A stretch of DNA of 63,874 bases, filler included, from Octopus bimaculoides (Eukaryota): NCBI RefSeq assembly GCF_001194135.2. It is 7 parts of 7 records of this genome, joined end to end, with 100 filler letters (N's around TTAATTAATTAA, not from the genome) between each part and the next. Parts side by side here need not be neighbours in the genome. Positions count along the whole stretch, not along the records: positions 1 to 21,744 come from NC_068989.1; 6 more parts are not named here. The stretch is one strand, 5' to 3'. Shown here piece after piece: positions 1-13,500 of this stretch (position 1 is its first letter; every line of letters begins with the position of its first letter). Position numbers and translations under genes: made by a program. Below the pieces are notes generated by a model. The model searched no databases. It was given only the letters and a program-made list of their open reading frames with translations, and was not told where the DNA came from.

Positions 1-1930
1 GCATGGCCAAAGATTACCGTGAATTTTTTTAGAGACACTTTCAAATTTATCAGAATATTGAGGCTGAAGATTGGAATAGTGAAATTTCCATTCACTTAAC
101 CATGAAACGATTCGTATCCAATTAACTAAAGGCTTGGCTTGTTTACGCTTTTCCCTCCGGTTTTTTGTTCTATGTGTGCCATAAATATCGCCATCCACTT
201 TAGAGAAAATTTGTAGTTTGGAATCAGTAGTTCTTTGACTGCTATTTCTAAATTTTCAGTATGTTGGAGAAGCAACTCAATTGCTAATCCCTGTATATTT
301 ATATATATATATATATATATATATAACATATGTACGTTGGATTTAGTTGAATTATGTACTTAAATTGATGCACCTTGATAGGACTAACTTATTTGCACAC
401 TCACACAATAGTATGTGGTTATCAAACACTACACACAATTTTTCACCTCGATATTCATGCAGTATATGGAGATGGCACGATCCATCTTAGTGAATAAATC
501 CGTTTTTGTTTGATCAGACATGTACTTTATATAAAAATAATTTATAAATACTTCCAAAATGCAGATCCAGGGTAGGTGAGTGAAATATAAACGAGTAACA
601 AAGATGTATAAGTTTCAATTCGTTGCAGCCGTCTGGCGCGACTCCTTTAATTGATCAATGAAAGCATTTCATCATTACAAAGCAAACCGTTCTCATCAAA
701 TGATCGCACAGACTTCAAGCATGCAGGACAAGTTAGATATTTATACATATTCATATCATCAATATTTACACTGAAAGTAAATATTTACAATGATGGCATT
801 GCCAAAATTTTCGGCAGAATGACACTAAATATAAATTCTGGATTATATTACCCCCATAGGAAAGCAGACGAAGTTATCAATTATGTGAGCAGGTCCTCTA
901 ATCACCAGCCCTCGAATACAATAAAATCAATAGTAACAGGAATTTCAAAAAGAATTACACAGTTATCGGATAACAGTGACATATTTAACTCACATTCTCA
1001 CTTCTATAACTCTGTTTTATCGAATGCTGGATTCAATAAGGAAATTGAATTCCTTAACTCAGAAAGTCTGAAATCCGATAAATATAATAAAAATAATGAA
1101 AACGAAACCAAAACCAATAATTTGTCTAACCTAGCATATAGACCTCGTAAAAATGTACATAGTAATCATATTAGAATTAAGAATAAAAAGTATAACACTA
1201 ATAAAACAGATACTAAGAATAGAATAGTATCTTATATGTATAGTAATTGGGAAGATATAAATGCGTTAGTACTATCAATAATATAAATACCGATAGTAAT
1301 AGCGGTATTAATAATCTAACTGATGATTTAAGAGATAACAAAATGACTGATAGGGTCTACTCTCATAAGAATAAGAATACTAGGAATAAGGATATACTAT
1401 GGTATAATCTTCCTACCAATTGCACAATATCCACTAACATATATAGAAAATTTATATCGATTTTAGAGAAAAACTTCCCAGTTTCACATAAATATAGCAC
1501 ACTTTTCTCCCGTAAGAAAATCAGAATATCATACTCCACCTTTTTAAATCTAGGTACAATTATAGCCCGCATGATTAGAAAAATATTATCTTAAACTGTG
1601 AACGCAATAATTATAATGGTAATAACAAATTAACCCCTGGTAACAATTCTAAACACCGTATGTATGTAAATATCAATAATACCAATGATAGCAGTGATAA
1701 CCCAGACTTAGCCAATAACAATATAGATAACATAGTTAACAGTAATGAAGATAATGAGCTACTAATGATTCCCCAAGTATCTCAATTGCATCCATTAGCC
1801 GTTAGTTGCATAACATCTAAAAATACAATCCAAAATAGTACAGTTAGTATAAATTTATGTATTAGTACAAATGATAATAACTTGAGAAATAATAGCATAA
1901 ACCTTAATAATATTTTTAGGAATTTGAACT

Positions 1931-2330
1931 TGGCTATGTAATAAGTAGCTTGCTTACCAAGCACATGGTTCCGGGTTCAGTGCCACTTTGTGGCACCTTG
2001 GGAAAGTTTCTTCTACTTTAGCCTCGAGCCGACCAAAGCCTTGTGAGTGGATTTGGTAGAGGGAAACTGAAAGAAGCCCATCGTATATATGTATAGATAT
2101 ATATGTATGTGCGTGTATATGTTTGTGTGTCTGTGTTTGTCCCCCCAACATTGTTTGACAACCGATGCTGGTGTATTTACGTCCCCGTAACTTAGCGGTT
2201 CAACAAAAGAGACCGATAGAATAAGTACTAGGCTTACAAAGAATAAGTCTTGGGGTTGATTCGCTCGACTAAAGGCGGTGCTCCAGCATGGCCGCAGTAA
2301 AATGACTGAAACAAGTAAAAGAGTAAAAGA
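1931..2330 (+). mobile_element. tRNA-derived SINE (family B, CORE-like), inserted in the PLE
   Basis: GGTTCAG B-box-like motif, GGCACCTTGGG core, central (TA/TG)n, tail ACAAGTAAAAGA. Many related copies, e.g. 7630-7885, 14650-14885, 34100-34240, 39870-40130, 53000-53290, 59790-59910. Confidence 0.8.
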
Positions 2331-2556
2331 TAGTACCATGTATGATGACACTATGAAAACGAATAATAGGATTAGAAATGCTAATAATAATAATAATAAT
2401 AACAATAATAATAATAATAATAATAGTAATAATAATAATATTAATGAGCAAAAATCTTGAGAAACACATGGAACAAATAGGTGCTGCAATAAGGGCGGAG
2501 CACTTGCAGAAAAAAAAAACATTGCTTGGAACCGCAAACATCTCCAGCAAACACAA

Positions 2557-2618
<62 letters not shown>

Positions 2619-3008
2619 TGTAGTTGCAATTTTAGGGAAAGATCACTCTGCTCGCTATCAGGCCAATGTTTAGTAGGAAATGTTGTTTATAAATGTAAAA
2701 TACAGAAGGAAAATAATAACTTTGTTTATATAGGGTGCTCAATAAATATGAAAAGAACGACTGAATAACCATTTTTCATCCTTTACACTTAAGCATAAAG
2801 CTAATAGTACCGCATTATCTACAAAATTCTGGGAACCTAAAGACAATATTATCGATTTAAGTCTTAAATGGGATTTAGTGCGATGAGCTCAATCATACAC
2901 AAATAACTGATATGGATGTAAACTTTGTTGTATGAAATTATATGAAATTTTTAAATTTAGAGATAAGAACAACTTAATTAATAATAAATTAGATCTGATA
3001 ATTTCATG

Positions 3009-4006
3009 TGTTCTTAAGATTACCCATACCTTTAAATACTTTAGAATCTGATAATCATTTAGTTTATCATACATTTTTTGGTGATTATATATATTTTTCT
3101 TTAACCCCTTTAGTCTATTAAATGTTGGTTACCATAGTATATACCTACCAAATCCCAGTGGTAAATCTGTTCTATGACGGTTGATATAAATAGACTAATT
3201 TTTGCAAACGAGTCTTTAATTTTCAAGTATCTCCTAATTATGAAATATACACTCTATGATCTATTACTATCATACCTGTAAAATTCCATTTTCTAAAATA
3301 GTAGAACGGTCTGTCCTGGTACTAATTAATTTATAACTTCCCAAAGATCTAATTTTAGATGTTTTGAAGACTACATTCTCCCTATTATTCTCAAATTCCT
3401 TCCTTCCTACCCCACTCTAGTCTATGCTAATTTCTGTTTTGTCTGTCACTGTACTATCCGTTTTTCATTCTACCAAAAAAATTAGTAGCGGAATCAGTGT
3501 AAATATTGTTCTTAAGATTACCCATACCTTTAAATACTTTAGAATCTGATAATCATTTAGTTTATCATACATTTTTTGGTGATTATATATATTTTTCATT
3601 AACCCCTTTAGTCTATTAAATGTTGGTTACCATAATATATACCTACCAAATCCCAGTGGTAAATCTGTTCTATCACGGTTAATATAAATAGACTAATTTT
3701 TGCAAACGAGTCTTTAATTTTCAAGTATCTCCTAATTATGAAATATACACTCTATGATCTATTACTATCATACCTGTAAAATTCCATTTTCTTAGATAGT
3801 AGAACGGTCTGTCCTGGTACTAATTAATTTATAACTTCCCAAAGATCTAATTTTAGATGTTTTGAAGACTACATTCTCCCTATTATTCTCAAATTCCTTC
3901 CTTCCTACCCCACTCTAGTCTATGCTAATTTCTGTTTTGTCTGTCACTGTACTGTCCGTTTTTCATTCTACCCAAAAAATTAGTAGCGGAATCAGTGTAA
4001 ATATTG
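3009..4006 (+). repeat. 498-bp direct tandem duplication (pseudo-LTR-like)
   Basis: 3009-3508 repeats at 3507-4006 with only a handful of substitutions. Confidence 0.95.
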
Positions 4007-4214
4007 ATGATATTAATATGTTTAAATATCTAACTTGTCCTTCATGCTTGAAGTCTATTAGGTCATCTGATGAGAACGGCTTTCTTTGTAATGATGTAGT
4101 GCTTTCATTGATCAATTAAAGGAGTTGCTCCAAACGGCTGTAATGAATTGAAACTTATACATCCTTGTTACTCACTTATATATGTGTATGTGTGTGTGTG
4201 TGTGTGTGTGTGTT

Positions 4215-4263
<49 letters not shown>

Positions 4264-5639
4264 TTTCAATCATTTTACTAAAATACATACATCAATATGT
4301 GAAGTAACAGCACAGTCGCTCAAATGTGCACGAGATTATTAATGGTAGTTAAGTAAATCTGCAACTCGAACCCAACACCAACGGGACTTAAACTTGAAAA
4401 TTAGCTAATATTCTTTTTCAACTGTCGCAGTTAGTTCAAATGGAACATATTTCAACAGTCACAGATAGTTCAAACGGGACATTATAGACATCATTCTCTC
4501 TAGTCTTGAAGTGCTTGCAAGGTTCACAGGCTCTGCCACTTTCTTAAGAGCCAGTGAATAGAAACAGATATCGAGCACTGTTACTTGGCCTTTTTTTGAC
4601 ATGCATAATATTGTTAGATATGACACTATTAATGACTATAAAAATTCATGTAATTACAAATATTATAATGTTGGTGTGGAGTGCAGAGACTTGGATTTGC
4701 TAAGAGATCTCAGGGAGTAGGTTATTTTTATAATTATTAAGGTACACCTTTACTTTGCGTTTTCTCTCTTCAGTTTTGCTGATTTACATTCTTTGGTCAT
4801 TCTCGATCAAGGCAAAAATCCCAAACAAATTTCTAATTACTTCTTTCTATGTCAAATGATGCATTTAGTCCGAGTAGAAAACTCAGTCGTTTTTTATGTA
4901 ATATATCGCTTACATATCCTTCATTAAACTCCACATATTGAAAAGTAAATATAACACCAACGTTAGCTATGTACTCGCAGACACCATCCTCACATTTTGA
5001 AGTAACTGCTATCGCTGTTATCACTTGAGGGTGCATCCGTAAATGTTCTGATTAACAAATTCAGCGCAGGCCTACTTTCGTTTCCTTTATTCTGAGGTCA
5101 ATAAAATAAGTACGGGACTGATATAATCAGCTGTATATGCTTATGTGTACATACTATAGGCTATACTTCTGAATTGCATTACATATTCTAATAATTCCAT
5201 TAAATACTCGTAACTGTATTTTCCTAATTAGCACTCTCTTTCTGGTTTCGAGAAAAGCCAGCTATTCAAGATAGACACTCTGGCAATTAGGTGCATAACT
5301 AAGTTAACCAATAATCATCACGATAAATTAAGTGTAGTTTTTACCGATTTCTCATAAGGGAAAAATGCGTTCTTTTTTTTTTTTTAACTTTAAACGTAAT
5401 ATTAACCACTATTGAACGACTAAATTCTTCTACAGAACACATTTTTTTCTGCGTGCCAGAGTACACATTTTATTGTAATTTGTCGCTATTTTACATAGGT
5501 TTTAACAGAAGCATTACTTCATTATTACTCTTAATGAGTGTGACCTGTACTGCACTGAAACTTGTATTTTGATCTTCAGAACTATACTAACTACGAATTA
5601 CATTATTCAATGCGTTGATAAATCATGCCACACTGAGAG

Positions 5640-5869
5640 CTGCGAGCTAGCAGAAACGTTAGCACGCCGGGCGAAATGCTCAGCGGTATTTCGTCTGCCC
5701 GCTACGTTCTGAGTTCAAATTCCGCCGAGGTCGACTTTGCCTTTCATCCTTTCGGGGTCGATTAAATAAGTACCAGTTACGCACTGGGGTCGATATAATC
5801 GATTTAATCCGTTTGTCTGTCCTTGTTTGTCACCTCTGTGTTTAGCCCCTTGTGGGTAGTAAAGAAATA
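5640..5869 (+). mobile_element. tRNA-derived SINE (family A) with 10-bp TSD
   Basis: GAGCTAGCAGAAACGTTAGC...GAGTTCAAATTCCGCCGAGGTCGACTTTGCC; TSD ACACTGAGAG at 5630-5639 and 5870-5879; more than ten related copies in the window. Confidence 0.85.
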
Positions 5870-6418
5870 ACACTGAGAGATTTTATGATAATGTTATCTT
5901 AGTACAACTGTTTATGACTTGGGTTACGGCGTCGTTATCAATTGACTAACAACGTCGGCGTCGGTGAACACATCAAAATATTCTGCCTACATCTATTTTG
6001 CGTATCTGGTATTTTGTTAGTATTTCCTATTCCTGGATTTCAAAATCATTTTCTTCATAGTAAGCTCTAATATAACGGCTGTTGGTTTAAGACAGACTAT
6101 GGTTATTTCTGTTACTATTACTCCGACATTTTGTAATCATTCAAGCATATGTGACTGTCTTCCTCTCAGAAGGAAAAACCCAAGGCTTTCAGATATATAT
6201 GACGCCACTTGCGCTTCAATAGCTCTTAGCAGGTGGAAAAGAGAAATTTTGGTGCAACACGCAGAATCTCCTTGAGTCAATGTTAAGCCTCTGACCTACT
6301 GTTCTCAACTTGTAAGGACCAATATTGATACTGATGTGGTAAATTCCAGTGTTAGTATTTTTCGGGTTTTCGCAGCAATGACCGGAACACCTCTGCCATG
6401 CAGTCATGTCATCCAAAT

Positions 6419-6805
6419 TGTTGATGTTGGCACTCCGTCGCTTACGACGTCGTGGGTTCCAGTTGATCCGATCAACGGAACAGCCTGCTCGTGAAATTAA
6501 CGTGCAAGTGGCTGAGCACTCCACAGACACGTGTACCCTTAACGTAGTTCTCGGGGATATTCAGCATGTCATAGTGTGTCAAGGCTGACCCTTTGAATTA
6601 CAGGCACAACAGAACAGGAAGTAAGAGTGAGAGAAAGTTGTGGTGAAATAGTACAGCAGGGTTCGCCACCATCTCCTGCCGGAGCCTCGGGAGCTTTAGG
6701 TGTTTTCGCTCAATAAACACTCAAGGTGCCCGGTCTGGGAATTGAAACCGCGATCCTATGACCGCAAGTCCGCTGCCCTAACCACTGGGCCATTGCGTCT
6801 CCACA
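6419..6805 (-). mobile_element. tRNA-derived SINE (family C), full length
   Basis: A/B-box head; TSD ATGTCATCCAAAT at 6406-6418 and 6806-6818. Confidence 0.9.
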
Positions 6806-7187
6806 ATGTCATCCAAATATTGGTATGGTAAACTGAAAAGCAAACAGCTTGTTCTCTACTGATGCATTTCAGACGGAGTGCTTCCTGGGGCATTTGTATA
6901 TATCTGTCTGTCCTCATGCATCTATGTATGTATTCATTCATATGTTTATGTGTAAATATTTACAAATGAAATGCTTGAAAGCATTTCATTTTCCTTATAT
7001 ACTAATTCTCTGAGAAATACAATGAATTAAAATCTAGCTTCTCTCTGGTTTCCAGATCGGGACCGCAATGAGCCATCCCGGGTTTTCGTAAGTTCTATAT
7101 ACCGAAAGGACAAACTCTGTTGTTTTTAGTTTGTTGATAATTCTACAAACTGGGTATAAATACATAATATATATATATGTACGTATG

Positions 7188-7232
<45 letters not shown>

Positions 7233-7574
7233 NNNNNNNNNNNNNNNNNNNNNNNNNNNNNNNNNNNNNNNNNNNNNNNNNNNNNNNNNNNNNNNNNNNN
7301 NNNNNNNNNNNNNNNNNNNNNNNNNNNNNNNNNNNNNNNNNNNNNNNNNNNNNNNNNNNNNNNNNNNNNNNNNNNNNNNNNNNNNNNNNNNNNNNNNNNN
7401 NNNNNNNNNNNNNNNNNNNNNNNNNNNNNNNNNNNNNNNNNNNNNNNNNNNNNNNNNNNNNNNNNNNNNNNNNNNNNNNNNNNNNNNNNNNNNNNNNNNN
7501 NNNNNNNNNNNNNNNNNNNNNNNNNNNNNNNNNNNNNNNNNNNNNNNNNNNNNNNNNNNNNNNNNNNNNNNNNN

Positions 7575-7615
<41 letters not shown>

Positions 7616-7885
7616 TATATTTATATATATATATATACATATAGGTGAAGGCATGACTATGTGATAAGATGTTTGCTTCCCAATGACATGGTACGGAGTT
7701 CTGTACGACAGCGTGGCACATTGGGCATGTCTTTTCTATTATAGGCTCGAAACGACCAAAGCCTTGTGAGTAGATTTGGATGTCGGAAACTGAACAAAGA
7801 CTGTCGTATATAATGTGTGGATGTGTATGTGTGTGTGTGTGAGTGTGTCTTTATATGTGTGTTTGTCTCCGACCATAGCTTGAGA

Positions 7886-9536
7886 CTAAAATTTTCGCTG
7901 CGACTATCTTTTCAATAGTCGTTGACTGTCTGTTACTCACACTGTGTTCTTTTATGTTTGTTTGTTCGCATGTGTGTGGATCAGTGTGTGTTCGTGTGAC
8001 TTTATATATGCATGTATGTATGTATATATGTATGCATGCATGTGTGTGTATGCATGTATGTGTGTGTGTGCATATGTATCTATCTATGTGTGTACATTTG
8101 TATGTATGTATGTATTCTGCATATTCATGTGTTTGCATGTCCGTGTTTTTTATGTATGTGCGTGTGTGTATGTGTGTTTATGTGTGTCTTTGTATATGTG
8201 TGCACCTATGTCTCGTTGTGTGNNNNNNNNNNTGTATGTGCGTGTGTGTATGTGTGTTTATGTGTGTCTTTGTATATGTGTGCACCTATGTCTCGTTGTG
8301 TGTGCATGTCTGAGTGTAAGTGTGCGTGTGTATGTTTTGCCACTATGTACCGTGTTTGTATGTATAGATGTGCATCTCCATCTTTTTTGACGTGTGTCTC
8401 CATGTGTCCCTGTGTGAAGTAAAGTCCGTGTGCATATATGGGCCATGTGTTTCAGTTTTCGTTTGTGTATGCGTGCAAATTTGTTCATATAACCTATGTA
8501 ACTATACGTCTGTGTGTTGATCTGTTTACTTTCATATCCATATGCTTACATACATGTGCATATACATATATATATATATATATATATTTATACACCCACC
8601 TACACACACATACATACATCTATCTACATGTATATATGTTTATATTTATATAAAGGGCATTATTACAGAAAAATAATAACGCCACACGTTGGACTTCTCA
8701 AAATAACCACATTTAGTACATGTATATATGTATATACATACACCCCCACACACACATACATACATACATACATCTACATAACAGCCCACTAACTATTCTA
8801 CTCTACCTGTGTAAACTGTAGGTATGGAGGTATGATATATCTGCTACGTATATTTCCTAATTAGTATAGGGAAAGTTTCATTTATGCGGACTTACTCCCG
8901 TATTTGTCTGAGTGTTGAGTCCTTTGGGTATTTGGATAAGATGCGGATGTCAAGCTGACCCAGGTTACTTCCATGTTGATACTTTGCATGCTGGTAGAGT
9001 ATGAAGGACTGTTTTTGTCGTCATATTGTCTCAAAAGCCAGGGACCTCCGTCAGATCACAACTATGTAGGACTTACCACTTTGAGAATACCATATGCACC
9101 AATGATAACTGCATGACATGTAGGATTAGCCCTGGTATTAACTGTAGAACTCGAAATGTAGTTTACAGCATAAGATGCAAAGAAGGTGCTTGTAAAGACA
9201 TGAACATGACATACATAGGGCAGACATCTAGGTGCAGAACGACTAAATAAACATTTGAGACAATATGACAAAAAAACAGCCCTTCATACTCTACCAACAT
9301 GCAAAGTACCAACATGGAGGTAACCTGGGTCAACTTGACATCCGCATCTTATCCAAATAACCAAAGGACCCAACACTCAGACAAATACGGGAGTACGTTT
9401 TCATTAATGAAACTTCCCCAATACTAAATAGGAAATATACATAGTAGATATCATACCACCATACCCACAGTTTACACAGGTAGAGTAGAATAGGTAGTGG
9501 GCTGTTATGTAGATAGATGTATGTATGTGTGTGTGG

Positions 9537-9627
<91 letters not shown>

Positions 9628-9941
9628 TATATATATATATGTATATGCACATGTATGTAAGCATGTGGATATGAAAGTAAACAGATCAACACACAGACGG
9701 ATAGTTACATAGGTTATATGAACAAAGAAGCCTACATACGCAAATGAAGACTGAAACACATGGCCATATAGACACAAAGACTTTACTTCACACAAGGACA
9801 TATATGGTGCTCCAGCACGACCGCAGCCACTTGGCTGAAACACATAAATAAATAAATAAATAAATAAATAAATATGGACACACACGTCCACAAAAATGAT
9901 AGTGCACATCCATACATATAATCAAGGTACATGGTTACAAA

Positions 9942-9982
<41 letters not shown>

Positions 9983-10320
9983 CTCAGACATGCACACACA
10001 AAGAGACAGAGGTACACACACACATATACAAACACACATACACACACACGCATATACGTAAAAACCCCACACAAACATGGACATGCAAACACATGAATAT
10101 GAAGAATATATACATACAAATGTACTTACATAGATAGATACATGCACACACACATGCATGCATACATGCACATGAATACATACATACATGCATGCATGTA
10201 TAGGCATACACACACACTGATCTACACACATGTGCACAAAGAAACAAAAAGAAGCGCAGTGTGTGCAACGGACAGAGTCAAAACTATTAAAACGGTTGCA
10301 AGATGCAGCGAAAATTTTAG
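7886..10320. mobile_element. PLE remnant arranged as a roughly 1.1-kb-arm inverted repeat around a GIY-YIG fragment
   Basis: 7886-9035 is the imperfect reverse complement of 9254-10320; the loop encodes CTNDNCMTC...RNVVYSIRC...TYIGQTSR. Confidence 0.8.
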
Positions 10321-10408
10321 AAAAATAAAAAAGAAATAAGTGGAAATTTTACCGGTGAATGTGTTAAATCATAAGGCACCAAAAGACCTCCCCAGACACA
10401 ACAGTGTG

Positions 10409-10443
<35 letters not shown>

Positions 10444-10847
10444 NNNNNNNNNNNNNNNNNNNNNNNNNNNNNNNNNNNNNNNNNNNNNNNNNNNNNNNNN
10501 NNNNNNNNNNNNNNNNNNNNNNNNNNNNNNNNNNNNNNNNNNNNNNNNNNNNNNNNNNNNNNNNNNNNNNNNNNNNNNNNNNNNNNNNNNNNNNNNNNNN
10601 NNNNNNNNNNNNNNNNNNNNNNNNNNNNNNNNNNNNNNNNNNNNNNNNNNNNNNNNNNNNNNNNNNNNNNNNNNNNNNNNNNNNNNNNNNNNNNNNNNNN
10701 NNNNNNNNNNNNNNNNTTATCCATATATGATAATTCCCTATAGGGAATTATCATATATGGATAAACAATCTTCTATTTACTATACTGAATACATGAAGTG
10801 TCGGTCTGGTATGTTGATTTTTGTTTATTTTTATAAGTTTTGACCAT

Positions 10848-10908
10848 ACTGTACTGATGAGTAAAAGGTACATATTACTGCAATAGTTACGAAATCATGA
10901 TTTCCAGT
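10848..10908 (+). ncRNA. Type I hammerhead ribozyme motif, intact core
   Basis: ACTGTA / CTGATGA / GTAA..TTAC / GAAA / palindromic ATCATGAT / T / TCCAGT; stem I has 5 of 6 pairs. Confidence 0.7.
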
Positions 10909-11034
10909 TTAGTCTGTTTTTAGGGAGTTGCATTTTTGAAAGTTGCATTTTCCTGCGTTCGGTAAAAATGTGTTTATTTTGGTAGTTTGACCTTAGAGTC
11001 CCTCTTAGCGTAAGGCATTCATGTATAGTAATGC

Positions 11035-11084
<50 letters not shown>

Positions 11085-11517
11085 TAGCATACGTTTCTGC
11101 TTCTCTTTATCTATTCTTCTTTCTTTCTCTCTCTCTCTCTCTTTCTATATGAATATATATATAGAGAGAGAGAGACACACACACACACATACGCGCTTAC
11201 ATATTATGTATGATGGATATGTTTGATAATGTTCTCTCCATAAACTCCTGTATATTGCACTGATGTAAAATTTATGCAAATATAAAGACAAACTAAAATA
11301 TAGAAAATTAAAAAAATAACAAGACCTACAACGGAATATGAAATATATAACAATACAAATGACTGCAACAAAACTGTTGCATCATATATGGTTTTGCAGT
11401 AAATTATTCATAGTTGGGGAAGGCGATGTTAGACAATGTATTGTGAGAAGAGAAAGAGAACATCCAAGAGGAGAGGAACAGGGTGATGATCGTAGACGGT
11501 ATAAAATGTATAGAAAA

Positions 11518-11522
11518 ATGAC

Positions 11523-11558
<36 letters not shown>

Positions 11559-11725
11559 ATAGAAAGACAAAGAAATTAAAATTATGAGGCGGAAAAATGG
11601 TGAGGCAGAAATCTAAATTAAAAAAATAAAGACATTAAGAGGGGAATAAATTACCCAAGGTGATGATGATGGCGGTGGTAGTGATGATGCTAGCGTTGAT
11701 TATGAAGAAGAAGAAGAAGAAGAAG

Positions 11726-11756
<31 letters not shown>

Positions 11757-12077
11757 CGATGATGATGTTCACGATGACGCAGATTATAATGGTGATTGTT
11801 GCGGTGCAGGTGATAATGACTCATGATGATGATGATGACGACGACGACGACGACGACGACGACGATGATGATGATGATAAGTCACTGATGATTATAACTA
11901 AGATGGCACTGTCGATAATGATGATGAAGACAACGGCAACAAGGAAAGCGACGACGGTGACGACGGTGATGGTAACGCTGTCCATGACGACAACGATGAT
12001 GATGATGATGATGATGATGATGGTTACGTTATGATGATTGTGACTAAGGTGATTATGACGACGATGACGACAACGGT

Positions 12078-12115
<38 letters not shown>

Positions 12116-12240
12116 TGACAATGATGATGATGGCGATAAGGAGAATGAGGGAGAAGAAAATGATGATGAAGATGATGATGATGATAGAGATGATGATGAT
12201 AATGGTGATGATGATGATGATTACGATGAATATGAAGCTG
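11518..12240. repeat. Mosaic trinucleotide microsatellite (GAT, GAA, GAC, GGC)
   Basis: Directly visible; explains the homopolymer ORFs in the track. Confidence 0.95.
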
Positions 12241-12795
12241 AATTAAAAGGCAAAAAGGTACAGAAATAACGTATGTCCAACCCTGACTATCACCATAAAA
12301 AACAAAACCCCAAAAGAACAGCAACGTAATCTTGTAAAAATCAACAGACTTCAAAATATCTTATAAATTCTTTACAACTAATAATAAAATAGTAATAAAT
12401 AAATATATATCTTTATTATATAGGACGTCTGCAATTACCTCCCTTTTTTCTCTCCTTTTCTAAGTCTACGTTTTATGTATGGCTCTCATTCTCTGTCGGC
12501 TGTTTACAAACTCGTTATTTCTGACAACTTTTCCCTTATTTTCTCTGTTTTTTTTTCTCTCTCAAATATGTAAACAGAAGTAAATCTAAGTTCATTTCTT
12601 TCTTTCACTGGTTGTCTCTTGCTCTCACTCTCTTTCCTTTACTTTTTACTGTTTTCATTATCTTTCTTTCTTTCGCCACCGACACAGCGTTTATCTGATT
12701 TTATCTATTTTGACTCCGTTCAAGTCTTTCTCTCATTAATTTCAAAGACTCTCTCCTTCTTTCTCTCACTTTCACACACACAAACACACACACAT

Positions 12796-12851
<56 letters not shown>

Positions 12852-13185
12852 AGTATGTCCGTCCATCCGTCCGTCTGTCTACACATGTATGTATGTATGT
12901 ATGTATGTATGTATGTATGTATGTATGTATCTATCTATCTATCTATATATCTATGTACCTGTTTGTTTGTCTGTCTAACTCTCTCTATAAACACACAGAC
13001 AGCCATGAACACACACACACACACGCACATACACGCGCGCAAACACATACATTCCACACAAAAATCGCATATATATATACTTCTGGGAGTATGTGCGTGT
13101 GCATGTATAGTATCAACCACATCTATAGATAAATATCCCGTATATAATGGAATTTATCTTTAAACATATTCACTGACGTACACAA

Positions 13186-13271
<86 letters not shown>

Positions 13272-13454
13272 GCCACGCAGCCGCAGCAAAGTCACACCTG
13301 CAAGTTAGAACTCTCGGCTTTATACTACGAGAAAGTACAAGGTACACTACGAATGGAAAATAAAAGAGAACAAAGTTTCAGTTTAACCTTATACTTCGAA
13401 CATCTGGAAAACAAGCAGAAATTCTTTCAGTTATTTGTCTTTTGGGAAGTCGCG

Positions 13455-13500
<46 letters not shown>

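Larger units (their letters stand above)
585..4181 (+). mobile_element. 5'-truncated Penelope-like retroelement (RT thumb plus GIY-YIG), decayed, with inverted and tandem terminal repeats
   Basis: LNINSGLYYPHRK...YVSRSSNHQPSNTIKSIV; ILWYNLP...KISYS; CSCN..CSLSGQCLVGNVVYKC...YIG; GCKLCC. 585-774 is an inverted copy of 3992-4181. Confidence 0.85.

Noticed and set aside
4067-4135. CTGATGAG plus a nearby GGAG/CTCC hairpin in the PLE terminal repeat as a hammerhead
   Set aside because: No stem II-GAAA follows the core; the inverted copy reads TTGATGA and loses the hairpin.
126-6400. Coding-like minus-strand text at 290-126, 5100-4440 and 6400-5950
   Set aside because: No recognisable domain, weak or missing splice partners, and several stops; cannot be supported without a homology search.
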